NCBI GenBank assembly: GCA_944393665.1 | Contig: CALYAX010000001.1 | Location: 6,018 to 70,017 of the forward strand | Direction: 5' to 3' | DNA length: 64,000 bases | Source of the DNA: an uncultured Alphaproteobacteria bacterium | Lineage (GTDB): Bacteria > Pseudomonadota > Alphaproteobacteria > RF32 > CAG-239 | Shown here: one piece after another, positions 31,989-41,645 of the stretch | How the letters are laid out: the number at the start of each line of letters is the position of its first letter | How positions within the stretch are numbered: position 1 is the first letter of the stretch | Notes under the pieces: generated by a model | Told to the model about the DNA's origin: nothing | The model's database searches: none | The model's input: the letters and a program-made list of their open reading frames with translations, nothing else | Program-made: the position numbers and the translations under genes

Positions 31989-32065
31989 ATCCTTTATCCG
32001 GATTGGCGGTTTTTGCTTATGTGAGACTTTTCGGAAAAAATGTGAGGAAAAGATTTTGCACAAAA

Positions 32066-32096
32066 AATAAAAAACCCCGTTTTGACGGGGGTTTTT
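32066..32096. terminator. bidirectional intrinsic terminator closing the tRNA locus and the DUF805 gene
   Basis: Hairpin ccccgt-tttgac-gggggt with an A-run upstream and a T-run downstream. Confidence 0.65.
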
Positions 32097-32108
32097 ACGA
32101 CAACTTTA

Positions 32109-32489
32109 TTAAGCAACTATTTTACCATACTGGTTGTCTTTGTTCTCACCTTTCATGCAGAACAGGACCAGCAGGGCAATCGGTCCAACCAGCGGGATCA
32201 GCACCATAAAATACCACCAGCCGGGTTTGCCGAGGTCGTGCAGGCGGCGGACACCAATTCCGATCTGAGGAACGATTAAGGCCAAAGCCAAAATTAAGGA
32301 CAAAACCTGTTTTTGAAATAAGATGCCGTCAATCAATCCTAAAGGAATGGCAACAACAACATAGCACAAAACAAAATACCAATACTGGGAGCGGGAAACC
32401 CGGCCTTCAAAGTTGGTATAATTGGTTTTAAGGTAGTCAACAAAATATTTATTGAAAATTGCTTTAAATTTTTCGAGGTATTCCTGCAT
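32109..32489 (-). CDS. DUF805-family inner-membrane protein
   Basis: RRLHDLGKPGWW motif and 3-4 TM helices. The start is moved to the internal ATG at 32487-32489, which is preceded by an AAGGAG RBS. Confidence 0.55.
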   Translation of the reverse strand: MQEYLEKFKAIFNKYFVDYLKTNYTNFEGRVSRSQYWYFVLCYVVVAIPLGLIDGILFQKQVLSLILALALIVPQIGIGVRRLHDLGKPGWWYFMVLIPLVGPIALLVLFCMKGENKDNQYGKIVA

Positions 32490-32578
32490 AATTTTCTCCT
32501 TGAAATGCTTTAATACTAGACTCATCTAGCACCGCAATTTAACAAATTGCAACAGAAAAATGTAATTTACTAAATGAA

Positions 32579-33820
32579 TTATTCGCCCACGGCAGCGGTA
32601 AAACGGGAACGGATTTTTAAAAGTTCTTCTTTTGTCAGTTTGAATCCGCTGGCAATCCAGTAGTTTTTCAGCTCTTTTATGATATCGCCGATATGCTGGG
32701 GATTTTCCACCCCCTGCGCGATAATATCTTTACCGCGCACCGGAAACTCCGGAATAACCATGGTTTTGATACGGTTGATCAAATCACACAGACCAGGTAT
32801 GCTGCGTTGTTCAAATGACAAAAGAAGCAATAATTTTTCAACACAAAATTCCGGGCCAAATTCATAAACCAGCCGCGGCAGCTCTTTATTGTCCAGAAAC
32901 TGCGACAGTTCAACCTTTTCTTCGGCAAGGCTGACAAAAAGCTCTTTTTCCTTTTTGCTCAGACGCAAACGCAGAGCCAGATTTTCTGCCAGAGCGACAT
33001 CGGGCTGATAAATCGTAAACAGCCGGCGCAGAGCCGAGTGGGGAATGTTTTCTTCCTCGACCAGACGCGAAAGAAATTCCAATTTATCAAGATGTTTCGG
33101 CTCCGGCAAAACATAGCTTAAAATATCATTTTCCATCATAATCCGAAAAGTCTTAACCACATTCGGCGTGAGCAGAATTTTAAGCATTTCATCGCGAATC
33201 CGCTCCATGGAAAGCTTCTTCAAGCCTTCACGGTTTTCAACACAAGCCGCGAGCGCTTTTTTATCAATGTCTCCGGTTCCAAAAATGGAATAAAAACGGA
33301 AAAAACGCAAAATACGCAGATAATCTTCCTTAATCCGCTGGGAAGCCGAGCCGATAAAACGCACCACGCCGTTTTCCAAATCGCCGATACCGTTATAGTA
33401 ATCAAAAACATTTCCTTTTTCATCGGCATAAACGGCATTGATTGTCAAGTCGCGGCGGGAAGCATCTTCCTCCCAGTTGTCGGTAAATTCAACTTCAGCA
33501 TGGCGCCCGTCGGTGACAACATCTTTGCGCAGAGAAGTCACTTCCAGTACCTGGTCGTCAATAATCACGCCGACAGTTCCGAATTTAATGCCGATCGGAA
33601 CCGTTTTGAGCCCTTCTTCGGTACAGGCTTCGACTAACTCATCAGGTGACAGATCCGTCGCCAGGTCAAGATCGTGAACCGGAATTCCTTTTAAAGCATC
33701 GCGTACGGCACCGCCGACAAAACGGAGCACGCCGCCGTGAGTCCGGACCACCAAAAACAGCCGCATAATTTTTTTATTGCGGATTAATTTTTTGATGTCG
33801 AGGTAATTATCGCGTATCAT
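32579..33820 (-). CDS. tRNA nucleotidyltransferase (CCA-adding) / poly(A) polymerase family protein
   Basis: The Pol-beta-like head motif GGAVRDALKG...DLDLAT is near the N-terminus. 413 aa. The true start may be the internal MRLFLVV... Confidence 0.8.
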   Translation of the reverse strand: MIRDNYLDIKKLIRNKKIMRLFLVVRTHGGVLRFVGGAVRDALKGIPVHDLDLATDLSPDELVEACTEEGLKTVPIGIKFGTVGVIIDDQVLEVTSLRKDVVTDGRHAEVEFTDNWEEDASRRDLTINAVYADEKGNVFDYYNGIGDLENGVVRFIGSASQRIKEDYLRILRFFRFYSIFGTGDIDKKALAACVENREGLKKLSMERIRDEMLKILLTPNVVKTFRIMMENDILSYVLPEPKHLDKLEFLSRLVEEENIPHSALRRLFTIYQPDVALAENLALRLRLSKKEKELFVSLAEEKVELSQFLDNKELPRLVYEFGPEFCVEKLLLLLSFEQRSIPGLCDLINRIKTMVIPEFPVRGKDIIAQGVENPQHIGDIIKELKNYWIASGFKLTKEELLKIRSRFTAAVGE

Positions 33821-33915
33821 GATTCCCTGCCTGAAAATTTTTCTTGAAGTTAACAGTTTTTATATATTTTTCAATTATTATTATGTTAAATTTAACGCAA
33901 TGTGAGTATTTTAGT

Positions 33916-34428
33916 ATGAAAAAACAGATTTTTTGGCTCGTCTTAACCGGACTCTTCCTGGCACAGGCCGCTCAGGCCGCAGCTCCGCAGATGATTGGCG
34001 AATATGACGACTGGGTTGCCTATTATTACCGCGACAGCGCCGGACCGGTTTGTTATATGGCCTCAACCCCCAAGAAGGACGAAGGAAAATATGCCAAACG
34101 CGGCGATATTTATGCCGTGATTACCCATCGTCCCAGCGAAAAAAGTTTTGATGTTTTGAACATCAATGCCGGATATACTTATAAACCGGGTTCGAAAGTC
34201 ATTATCAAAATCGGCACCAAAACTTTTGACCGTTTGTTTACCAGCGAAGACAAAGCCTGGGCCGTGAATGAAAAAGTGGATAAGGAAATTGTTGCCGAGA
34301 TGAAAAGAGGCAGCCGCATGGTGGTTCACGGGACATCTTCCCGGGGAACACAGACTAAAGATACTTATTCCCTGGCCGGATTTTCTAGCGCCTACCGCGC
34401 CATTACCAATAAATGTAAGGTTAAATAA
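33916..34428 (+). CDS. invasion-associated locus B (IalB) family periplasmic protein
   Basis: Signal peptide (MKKQIFWLVLTGLFLAQAAQA), a length of about 170 aa and W..YY......C...... spacing typical of IalB. The start is moved from 33844 to the ATG at 33916. Confidence 0.55.
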   Translation: MKKQIFWLVLTGLFLAQAAQAAAPQMIGEYDDWVAYYYRDSAGPVCYMASTPKKDEGKYAKRGDIYAVITHRPSEKSFDVLNINAGYTYKPGSKVIIKIGTKTFDRLFTSEDKAWAVNEKVDKEIVAEMKRGSRMVVHGTSSRGTQTKDTYSLAGFSSAYRAITNKCKVK

Positions 34429-35507
34429 TGGCCAAAACAGAACTTATCGGCCTTTCCAAAGAAGAGCTTAACGAAGCCATAGCCGCTATCGGTGAAAAAC
34501 CGTTCCGGGCCAAACAAATCTGGCAATGGATTTATAACCGCGGGGCAACCGGGTTTGAGGAAATGAGCAATCTTTCCAAAGAACTGCGCCTTAAACTGGC
34601 TGAAAATTTTACAATCTCCCGCCCCAAAATCATCACCGAACAAATCTCAGCCGACAAAACCCACAAGTGGCTGCTGGAATTTGCCGACGGGCAGCGCATT
34701 GAAACCGTTTATATTCCTGAGGCCGACCGCGGGGCTGTTTGTATTTCAACTCAGGTAGGCTGCGCTGTGGGATGTAAGTTTTGCCATACAGGAAGCCAGA
34801 AAATCACCCGTAACCTGACAGCCGGTGAAATTGTTTCCCAGTTTATGGTAGCCCGTGACGCTTACGGCGAATGGCCGACGCCAACAAATCAGACCCGTTA
34901 TCTGTCAAATATTGTGGTGATGGGAATGGGCGAACCGCTGCATAATCCCGAGAATACGTTTAAGGCTCTCAAAATTCTCAGCGACGGTGACGGTATTGCC
35001 ATTTCGAAACGAAAAATCACGTTATCAACTTCGGGAATCGTTCCTAAAATTCCGTCAGTTGCCACAGAAGCCGGCGTACATCTGGCAATCAGCCTGCATG
35101 CACCGACTAATGCCAAACGTTCACAGATTATGCCGGTTAACGACCGTTTTCCGATTGAAGAAATTCTCAGTGCCTGCAAAGAATATCAAAAAGTGATGGG
35201 ACGCGGCTGTTATATTACATTTGAATATCTTATGCTGAAAGATTTCAACGACAGCCCGGAAGATGCCCGTGAACTGGTGCGGCTGATGAAAAAATATGAT
35301 TTGGGTGCCAAATTCAACCTGATTCCGTTTAATCCGTGGCCGGGCTGCGGTTTTGAACCGAGTTCCAATAACAAAGTTCATGCTTTTTCCCGCGAGATAG
35401 AAGCTGCCGGCTATGAAGCGCCGATCCGTGTGGCCCGCGGGCAAGATATTTTGGCGGCCTGCGGCCAGCTGAAATCCAAAAAAGAAAACGATAAAAAAGC
35501 AGATTAA
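34428..35507 (+). CDS. rlmN: 23S rRNA m2A2503 / tRNA m2A37 methyltransferase (radical SAM)
   Basis: Radical-SAM CxxxCxxC motif (CAVGCKFC), 359 aa, and an RlmN-typical N-terminus (FRAKQIWQWIY). Confidence 0.9.
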   Translation: MAKTELIGLSKEELNEAIAAIGEKPFRAKQIWQWIYNRGATGFEEMSNLSKELRLKLAENFTISRPKIITEQISADKTHKWLLEFADGQRIETVYIPEADRGAVCISTQVGCAVGCKFCHTGSQKITRNLTAGEIVSQFMVARDAYGEWPTPTNQTRYLSNIVVMGMGEPLHNPENTFKALKILSDGDGIAISKRKITLSTSGIVPKIPSVATEAGVHLAISLHAPTNAKRSQIMPVNDRFPIEEILSACKEYQKVMGRGCYITFEYLMLKDFNDSPEDARELVRLMKKYDLGAKFNLIPFNPWPGCGFEPSSNNKVHAFSREIEAAGYEAPIRVARGQDILAACGQLKSKKENDKKAD

Positions 35508-35529
35508 TCCGGTTAACGTCTGAAACGGC

Positions 35530-36123
35530 TTAAAGCAGCCTGCGTGAATTCAGAGCCAGCTGAATAGTGCCTTCGTCCATATAATCCAGTTCCGCCCCCA
35601 TGGGAATCCCCTGCGCCAAAGTTGTGACTTTAATGTCATATTCTTTAAGCCGTGATACCAGGTAGTGGGAGGTTATCTGGCCGTCAACCGTTGCCGGAAG
35701 TGCCAAAATGATTTCTTTAATCCCTTCGGAACCAATTCTGGACAGCAGGCTTTCAATGTTCAGATCCTCGGGCACAATGCCGTCCAGGGCCGATAAAATA
35801 CCACCAAGAACATGATATTTGCCTTTGAAAAAAGAAACCCGTTCCATGGCCCACAAATCGGCGACATCCTGAACAACGCAGAGCTGGCTCCCGTCACGAA
35901 CTGCCGAGGTACAAACCGTACAGGGTGCAACCGTATCAAAATTGCCGCAGGTTGGGCAGATTTTAATATTTTCCGCCACTGTTTCCAAGGACTCAATAAG
36001 CGGCAGCAGCAGCGTCTCTTTTTTCTCCAGCAACTGCAAAACAATCCGCCGGGCCGAACGCGTACCCAACGACGGCAGCTTGGAAATCTGCTTGATTAAT
36101 TTTTCGATATCATTCCCGGCCAT
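35530..36123 (-). CDS. recR: recombination protein RecR
   Basis: C4 zinc finger (CPTCGNFDTVAPCTVC) plus a Toprim domain, in the dnaX-ybaB-recR operon. Confidence 0.9.
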   Translation of the reverse strand: MAGNDIEKLIKQISKLPSLGTRSARRIVLQLLEKKETLLLPLIESLETVAENIKICPTCGNFDTVAPCTVCTSAVRDGSQLCVVQDVADLWAMERVSFFKGKYHVLGGILSALDGIVPEDLNIESLLSRIGSEGIKEIILALPATVDGQITSHYLVSRLKEYDIKVTTLAQGIPMGAELDYMDEGTIQLALNSRRLL

Positions 36124-36137
36124 AGCTGTTTAATATC

Positions 36138-36458
36138 CTAAAACGGCAATTTAAGGCCGCCGAGATTCATGCCGCCGGTCATGGCGCCCATGCTTTCCTG
36201 CATTTTGGCATCAACTTTGGCCCGAGCATCGTTGCCGGCAGCGACCAGCAAGTCTTCCAGAATATCAATTTCATCGGCCACCGCCAAAGACGGATCAATG
36301 GAAATTTTTTTAATTTCAAACTTGCCGTTCATGATCACTTTTACCATACCGCCGCCAGACACGCCTTCAATTTCTTCCTGAGCCAGTTTATCCTGCATCT
36401 CTTCCATTTTTTTCTGCATCTGCTGGGCTTGTTTCATAATTCCCTGAAGGTTCATCAT
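36138..36458 (-). CDS. ybaB: nucleoid-associated protein YbaB/EbfC
   Basis: The MMNLQGIMKQAQQMQKKMEEMQ N-terminus is typical. The start is trimmed to the internal Met, directly after the dnaX stop. Confidence 0.8.
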   Translation of the reverse strand: MMNLQGIMKQAQQMQKKMEEMQDKLAQEEIEGVSGGGMVKVIMNGKFEIKKISIDPSLAVADEIDILEDLLVAAGNDARAKVDAKMQESMGAMTGGMNLGGLKLPF

Positions 36459-36459
36459 T

Positions 36460-38181
36460 TTATAAATCCTCATCAAAATAGTTGGTTTCTTCTTCATAAC
36501 TGTCGACAGCTTCGCCGGCATTTTCCTGATTGATTTTACGGGTCAGCGTTTCAATTTTGGCGCCTTTAAATTCTGCCAGAATTGCTTTAACCAGCGGCAG
36601 GTCCGACACATTCTTTTTATTGGCGTCATCGGCCGCTTTTTCCCGCTGGGCGATGGTTTCGCCCAAAAGTCCGCGCTCAATTTCAATATTCCATTTTTCG
36701 CCGGTGGCTTCGGTCAGAACTTTTTGAAGGTTGAGCAAAAAGTCATTATTTACTTTTTCTGCCGTGGTCATTTTAATACGGCCGGGGGCAAATTCGCTGA
36801 TACTGATGTCGTTTTTGAGTCCGTAGAGCAGCATCATGCGTTTGGTAGATTCCAGATAGGCAATTAAGTCCTCAACCGTGCTCATGGGTGCGGCGGAGAC
36901 CACAGACTGCCCGCCGGGAAAACCGGAAACACCCGAAACATCCGGGGAGGATGAAACCGGTGCAGAAACTGCAGCCGTTGCCGGGCCGGTTAAAGTTATC
37001 CGGCTAGATTTTTTTTTTACGTCGTTTAAGAGTTCAAACGGCGTTGGCAGGCTGGCAGAATAAGCGACGCGGATTAAAATCATTTCCAGTGCGTCTATTT
37101 GCACCGGGGCAATAGCCAGTTCGTTAATTCCCTTAATCATCATCTGCCAGATTTTAGAAAGAACGGCGATTGACACCCCGGGCGCCAGACGGGTGCAGAA
37201 TTCTTTCTCGCTTTCCGAAAGCTCGTCGCTGTTCAAGCTGGCGGGAACAATTTTGCATTTGGCCATTAAGTGCGTGATGTTGATGAGATCCTGCAGCACG
37301 GTGTTGGGATTGGCGCCGTTTTTATATTGTTCGGCAAGCCTGGACACTACCTGGTCGACTTTGCCGCTGACCAGGTTTTCAAAAAGCTCAAAAGTCGAGT
37401 TACGATCAGCCAGGCCGATCATGTTTTTAACAATATCGGTTTTAACCACGCCGGAACCGAGAGAAATGGCCTGATCCAGCAGCGATAAGCCGTCGCGGCA
37501 GGAGCCGTCGGCCGCTTTGGCAATCATGTGCAGAGCTTCCTGGTCGGCATCCAGTTTTTCGGCAGCGATAATTTTTTGAAAATGCTTAACCAAATCATCA
37601 ACCGTCAGCCGCTGCAAATCAAATCTCTGGCAACGGGACAGCACGGTAACCGGAACTTTGCGGATTTCAGTGGTGGCAAAGATAAAAATAACGTGCGACG
37701 GCGGTTCTTCCAATGTTTTGAGCAAAGCGTTAAACGCATTTTTGGAGAGCATATGAACTTCGTCGATGATATAAATCTTATAACGGGCATTGGTCGGCTT
37801 GTAACGGACGCCGTCCAAAATTTCGCGGATATCATCCACACCGGTGCGGGAGGCCGCGTCAAGTTCCAGCACGTCAATATGCCGGGAAGCCGCAATGGCT
37901 TTGCAGTTTTCACAGATACCGCAGGGATTGGTGGTGGGACCGCTCTGGCCGTCTTTGCCGGTACAATTTAAAGCCCGGGCAATAATCCTCGCGGTTGTGG
38001 TTTTGCCGACGCCACGGATACCGGTGAGAATATAGGCATGATGCAGACGATTGTTTTTGATGGCGTTGGTTAATGTCCGGACCAGCGCGTCCTGCCCGAC
38101 CAGTTCATCAAAGCTTTGCGGGCGGTATTTTCGGGCCAATACCACGTATTGTTCATCATTATTTATCGTTTCGTCAGCCAT
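36460..38181 (-). CDS. dnaX: DNA polymerase III subunits gamma/tau
   Basis: Clamp-loader AAA+ motifs (GIRGVGKTTTARI, SRCQRF) and an N-terminal YRPQSFDELVGQ. The start is set at MADETINNDEQYVVLARKYRPQ rather than the upstream TTG; the coordinate may be off by one. Confidence 0.9.
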   Translation of the reverse strand: MADETINNDEQYVVLARKYRPQSFDELVGQDALVRTLTNAIKNNRLHHAYILTGIRGVGKTTTARIIARALNCTGKDGQSGPTTNPCGICENCKAIAASRHIDVLELDAASRTGVDDIREILDGVRYKPTNARYKIYIIDEVHMLSKNAFNALLKTLEEPPSHVIFIFATTEIRKVPVTVLSRCQRFDLQRLTVDDLVKHFQKIIAAEKLDADQEALHMIAKAADGSCRDGLSLLDQAISLGSGVVKTDIVKNMIGLADRNSTFELFENLVSGKVDQVVSRLAEQYKNGANPNTVLQDLINITHLMAKCKIVPASLNSDELSESEKEFCTRLAPGVSIAVLSKIWQMMIKGINELAIAPVQIDALEMILIRVAYSASLPTPFELLNDVKKKSSRITLTGPATAAVSAPVSSSPDVSGVSGFPGGQSVVSAAPMSTVEDLIAYLESTKRMMLLYGLKNDISISEFAPGRIKMTTAEKVNNDFLLNLQKVLTEATGEKWNIEIERGLLGETIAQREKAADDANKKNVSDLPLVKAILAEFKGAKIETLTRKINQENAGEAVDSYEEETNYFDEDL

Positions 38182-38360
38182 CGGTAACTTTTGTCCTAAA
38201 AAAGAGGCGGAGAAACAATGACCCCGGCACAAACCGTTACGGCTGCTTTCTTCCGAACCTGACCGGGTTGGCGGCCGGCCGGCCCATTGCTCTCCAAAAA
38301 CTATACATAGCAGACTGGGCGGCTTTTTCAAGCAAAAAAACCGTTTTGCCCGTTTATATT

Positions 38361-39842
38361 TTACGGGATAACGATATTCATAGCCCTCAGTTCTTCCGCT
38401 ACGGCGGCCCTCTCGGCCTCAGGGTCGCGAAAACGCTGAGCCTGATTTTCAATCGGCAGAACCTGGCCGTAAATCATCAGCTGGGCGGTGGAATTATCTT
38501 TGCCGTAAATCAGCGGGGCACGATAAAAACTGTCAATCTGAACCGGTTCAAGCTGCGGGTTGCCGCTAAGGCTGGAAAAGGTCTTGGGCGCCGCATCAAC
38601 AATAACGTCACCGGCCGGGCGAATTTCCATAATATCCAGACTATGCTGGTTGGAACCGTCTTCAAACAAACGGAAAGCCCCGTTTATTCCGGCATAGCCG
38701 TCAGGATTGGTGATAACCCGGTTCAGGTTGTCGGTATCGGCCCTGGCCAGCTGATTAGCCAAAGCGACGGCGTCATACCCGAAAGAATAAAGACTGCTGG
38801 GGCGCTCGCCGAAAACGGCGGCATATTTATTGGCAAAGTAACCGCTGTGCGTGCGCGACAAAGCCGGATAAACACTTCGCACAATTGCCGACTCTTTATT
38901 CAAACGGCTGTTTTCCCAGATAGACGTTCCCAAAAACTGAACCTGCGGATAGGCGGCGTCATAATAAGCAAACATGGAAATGGCCGAAGTCAAACGCGCG
39001 CCGGATTCCGGAATCAAAACCGCGTCGAATCCGATATCGCCCAGGCCTTCTTTGGTTTTGAGCCGTTGGAGAGCCTTGCTTGAAACCGTATCGCCGTTGT
39101 CGGCGCGTTTTTGCAAGGTGGCACGCAGATTTTCCAAACGGGCATGGCGGGCGGAATAATCTGACATTTGTTTGATGATGCCTGAAAAATCCGAGGTCTG
39201 GGGAGGATAAAAACCGATAACGGTTACTTCAACCCCATTTTTCTGCGCCGATTTCACTGCCGCCTTGGCTACGGCGCTGCCGGTGGCATTATCGGGCAGC
39301 AACAGCGCAAAGCGGCGGCGGCCTTTTTGGGCGGCATAGGTAATGACGCGGTTAACCTGCTCTTCTATCAACAGGCCGAGCGTATAAACGGTAGGCTGCA
39401 AAACATCCTGCGAAGAGGTAAAGGCTATGACGGGCACGCCGCGATAAATCGTTTCATTGGCAATGGCCTGTACTTCCGAGCTCATCAAGGGGCCAATAAT
39501 CAGGCGGGCGCGCTGGCTGATGGCATTTTGGGCGGCAATACGGGCGCCTCCGGGCGTACTTTGAGTGTCATAGTACTGCAGCAGCAGATTGGGATTATTA
39601 ATATCTTCCATTGCCGCCATGGTTGCATTTTTCAGCCCCTGCCCCTGTTTGGCCGCTTTTCCGGTGAGAGGCAGCAGCACGCCGACGCGAAAAGCCGATC
39701 CGCCGGAAATATTGATTTCTTCCAGATCGGTATTGACTTCTTCGAATCCCCCGCGGGTAATAATTTCCGGGCCGGTTGCCGAACGGCAGCTCCAAAGCAC
39801 GGCGCAAAGCAGAAACAGACTAAATTTTTTTAACACTTGCAT
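38361..39842 (-). CDS. LpoA/LppC-family lipoprotein with a periplasmic-binding-protein (type I) fold
   Basis: Lipobox (LLCAVLWSC) and a LivJ-like PBP fold. It sits divergent to rsmI-yraN, as lpoA does in E. coli. No N-terminal TPR domain. Confidence 0.5.
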   Translation of the reverse strand: MQVLKKFSLFLLCAVLWSCRSATGPEIITRGGFEEVNTDLEEINISGGSAFRVGVLLPLTGKAAKQGQGLKNATMAAMEDINNPNLLLQYYDTQSTPGGARIAAQNAISQRARLIIGPLMSSEVQAIANETIYRGVPVIAFTSSQDVLQPTVYTLGLLIEEQVNRVITYAAQKGRRRFALLLPDNATGSAVAKAAVKSAQKNGVEVTVIGFYPPQTSDFSGIIKQMSDYSARHARLENLRATLQKRADNGDTVSSKALQRLKTKEGLGDIGFDAVLIPESGARLTSAISMFAYYDAAYPQVQFLGTSIWENSRLNKESAIVRSVYPALSRTHSGYFANKYAAVFGERPSSLYSFGYDAVALANQLARADTDNLNRVITNPDGYAGINGAFRLFEDGSNQHSLDIMEIRPAGDVIVDAAPKTFSSLSGNPQLEPVQIDSFYRAPLIYGKDNSTAQLMIYGQVLPIENQAQRFRDPEAERAAVAEELRAMNIVIP

Positions 39843-39914
39843 TTTATCCTAAAATAGAAAACAATCTTATCATCTTGTTTAGATTAAAAATATTGTCTTG
39901 TAAAGAGAGGTTTA

Positions 39915-40742
39915 ATGAAAAACGGCATTTACGTGGTGGCGACTCCGATCGGTAATCTCGGCGATATCAGCGCCCGGGCAAAGGAAGTACTGGCAGCGGC
40001 TGAAATTATTGCCTGTGAAGATACCCGGGTAACCAAAAAGCTGTTTTCCCTGTTGGGCCTGCCGCAGAGCAAAACCTTTATCCGGCTGGAAGACCACAAT
40101 GAAGATGCCCAAACCGAACGCCTGCTTGAACTTGCAGCCACCCGGATTGTGGCCCAGGTCAGCGACGCCGGGTCACCGCTGATCTCCGATCCCGGCTACA
40201 AGCTGGTGAACCGGGCCCGCAAAGCCGGAATCGCCGTTTTTACGGTTCCGGGGCCCTGCGCGCTGATTTGCGCTCTGCAATTATCCGGGCTGCCAACCAA
40301 TTCTTTTATGTTTGCCGGTTTTATTCCTAATAAAGATAAAGCGCGGAGCGACTTATTCAATAAATTAAAAAGTATAGATACAACCCTGGTTTTTTATGAA
40401 ACAGCCAACCGGATTATTAAGACGCTGACAGCGGCTGCCCCGGTTTTTGGAGAGCGGCAGATGGCGGTTGCGCGTGAAATTACCAAAGTCTATGAAGAAT
40501 GCGTCAACGGAACCGCTGCCGAGCTGCTGGCACATTTTAATGCTCAGGAGCCCAAGGGAGAAATGGTGCTGATGGTGGCGCCTCCGGTCCAAAATCCGGC
40601 AGCAGAAATTGATTTGGAACGGGTCTTAAAAGAAGAGCTGAAAGATAATTCCGTTAAAACCGCGGTTAAGAATGTTGTTGAATTGTACGGGCTGAATAAA
40701 AATGAAGTCTATAATCTTGCCCTCCGTCTCAAAAATGAATAG
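39915..40742 (+). CDS. rsmI: 16S rRNA 2'-O-methyltransferase RsmI (tetrapyrrole methylase fold)
   Basis: N-terminus (YVVATPIGNLGDIS) plus the conserved divergent arrangement with lpoA. Confidence 0.85.
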   Translation: MKNGIYVVATPIGNLGDISARAKEVLAAAEIIACEDTRVTKKLFSLLGLPQSKTFIRLEDHNEDAQTERLLELAATRIVAQVSDAGSPLISDPGYKLVNRARKAGIAVFTVPGPCALICALQLSGLPTNSFMFAGFIPNKDKARSDLFNKLKSIDTTLVFYETANRIIKTLTAAAPVFGERQMAVAREITKVYEECVNGTAAELLAHFNAQEPKGEMVLMVAPPVQNPAAEIDLERVLKEELKDNSVKTAVKNVVELYGLNKNEVYNLALRLKNE

Positions 40743-41109
40743 CCGCTGCCATCAGGGACGCCAAAACTACCGGAACGGACATTTTGCGGAGTGGCTGGCG
40801 TTAATGTATCTGCGGGCAAAAGGCTATCGCAAAGTAGCGGTTAATTATGCCGGCGGCCGCGGCAGCGGTGCCGGAGAGGTAGATTTAATTTTATGCCGGG
40901 GCAAGGTACTGGTCTTTGCGGAAGTCAAAGCCCGGCGCAGCCTGAACAATGCGGCAGAATCCCTTTTGCCGCGGCAGCAGGAAAGAATCCGCCGGGGAGC
41001 CGAGGCTTTTTTGCAGCAGAATCCGCAGTATCAGGGGTATGATATCCGTTTTGACGCTATTTTAATACAACTGCCCTGCCGGTTGCAGCACCTTGAAAAT
41101 GCCTTCTGA
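40735..41109 (+). CDS. YraN (UPF0102) family endonuclease-like protein
   Basis: About 120 aa with G..AE..A..YL..KGY and GE.DLI motifs, directly after rsmI. Start trimmed to the internal Met. Confidence 0.6.
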   Translation: MNSRCHQGRQNYRNGHFAEWLALMYLRAKGYRKVAVNYAGGRGSGAGEVDLILCRGKVLVFAEVKARRSLNNAAESLLPRQQERIRRGAEAFLQQNPQYQGYDIRFDAILIQLPCRLQHLENAF

Positions 41110-41155
41110 GAAAGATTAAATAAAATGGCAGGAGCAATTTACCAAGGAGGCATAA

Positions 41156-41620
41156 ATGCGCGTAACCAGTACAGGAATCAAAAACGGCCATTGGGAAAAG
41201 AAATTCGGAAAACACGGGCATGATTTTATCGGCGGCATTCCGGCGCTTTCAGTGCCGTTTGCCATTCATCACCCTCCGGAGCGTACCAAATCGTTTGCCC
41301 TGCTTTTGAAAGACAGTGATGCCATTGCCGTCGCCGGTTTTCCTTGGATTCATTGGCTGGCCGCTAATATCGGGCATGAAAACGTGGCTGAAAACGAAAG
41401 CCGTACGACTCATGACTTTGTTCAGGGACGCAACAGCTGGGGCATCAATTTTTACGGCGGCATGACTCCCCCGGACAAACCGCATCATTATGACCTGCAT
41501 CTTTACGCTTTGGATAAAGAACTGGAACTGGCGAACGGTTTCAGTGAAGAAGAACTTGAAAAAGCCATGGCCGGGCATATTCTTGACAGTTATATTTTAA
41601 GTGCCATGTACGAAAATTAA
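41156..41620 (+). CDS. YbhB/YbcL (PEBP/RKIP) family protein
   Basis: ...HHPPE... and ...HHYDLHLYALD... match the bacterial PEBP family. Confidence 0.7.
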   Translation: MRVTSTGIKNGHWEKKFGKHGHDFIGGIPALSVPFAIHHPPERTKSFALLLKDSDAIAVAGFPWIHWLAANIGHENVAENESRTTHDFVQGRNSWGINFYGGMTPPDKPHHYDLHLYALDKELELANGFSEEELEKAMAGHILDSYILSAMYEN

Positions 41621-41645
41621 AAGGAGCCCTCCGGCTCCTTTTTTT
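41621..41645. terminator. bidirectional intrinsic terminator between the PEBP gene and cvpA
   Basis: Hairpin ggagcc-ctcc-ggctcc followed by T7, with an A-run on the other side. Confidence 0.7.

Noticed and set aside
38182-38331. Upstream TTG-initiated 50-codon extension of dnaX (and similar N-terminal extensions of rho to 61294, ybaB to 36521, the HD protein to 52620, the amidoligase to 59680 and radA to 43801)
   Set aside because: Homology-based N-termini (for example MADETINNDEQYVVLARKYRPQ for Dna[16 protein letters not shown] for Rho) begin at internal Met codons with better RBS spacing. The extensions overlap intergenic or promoter regions.
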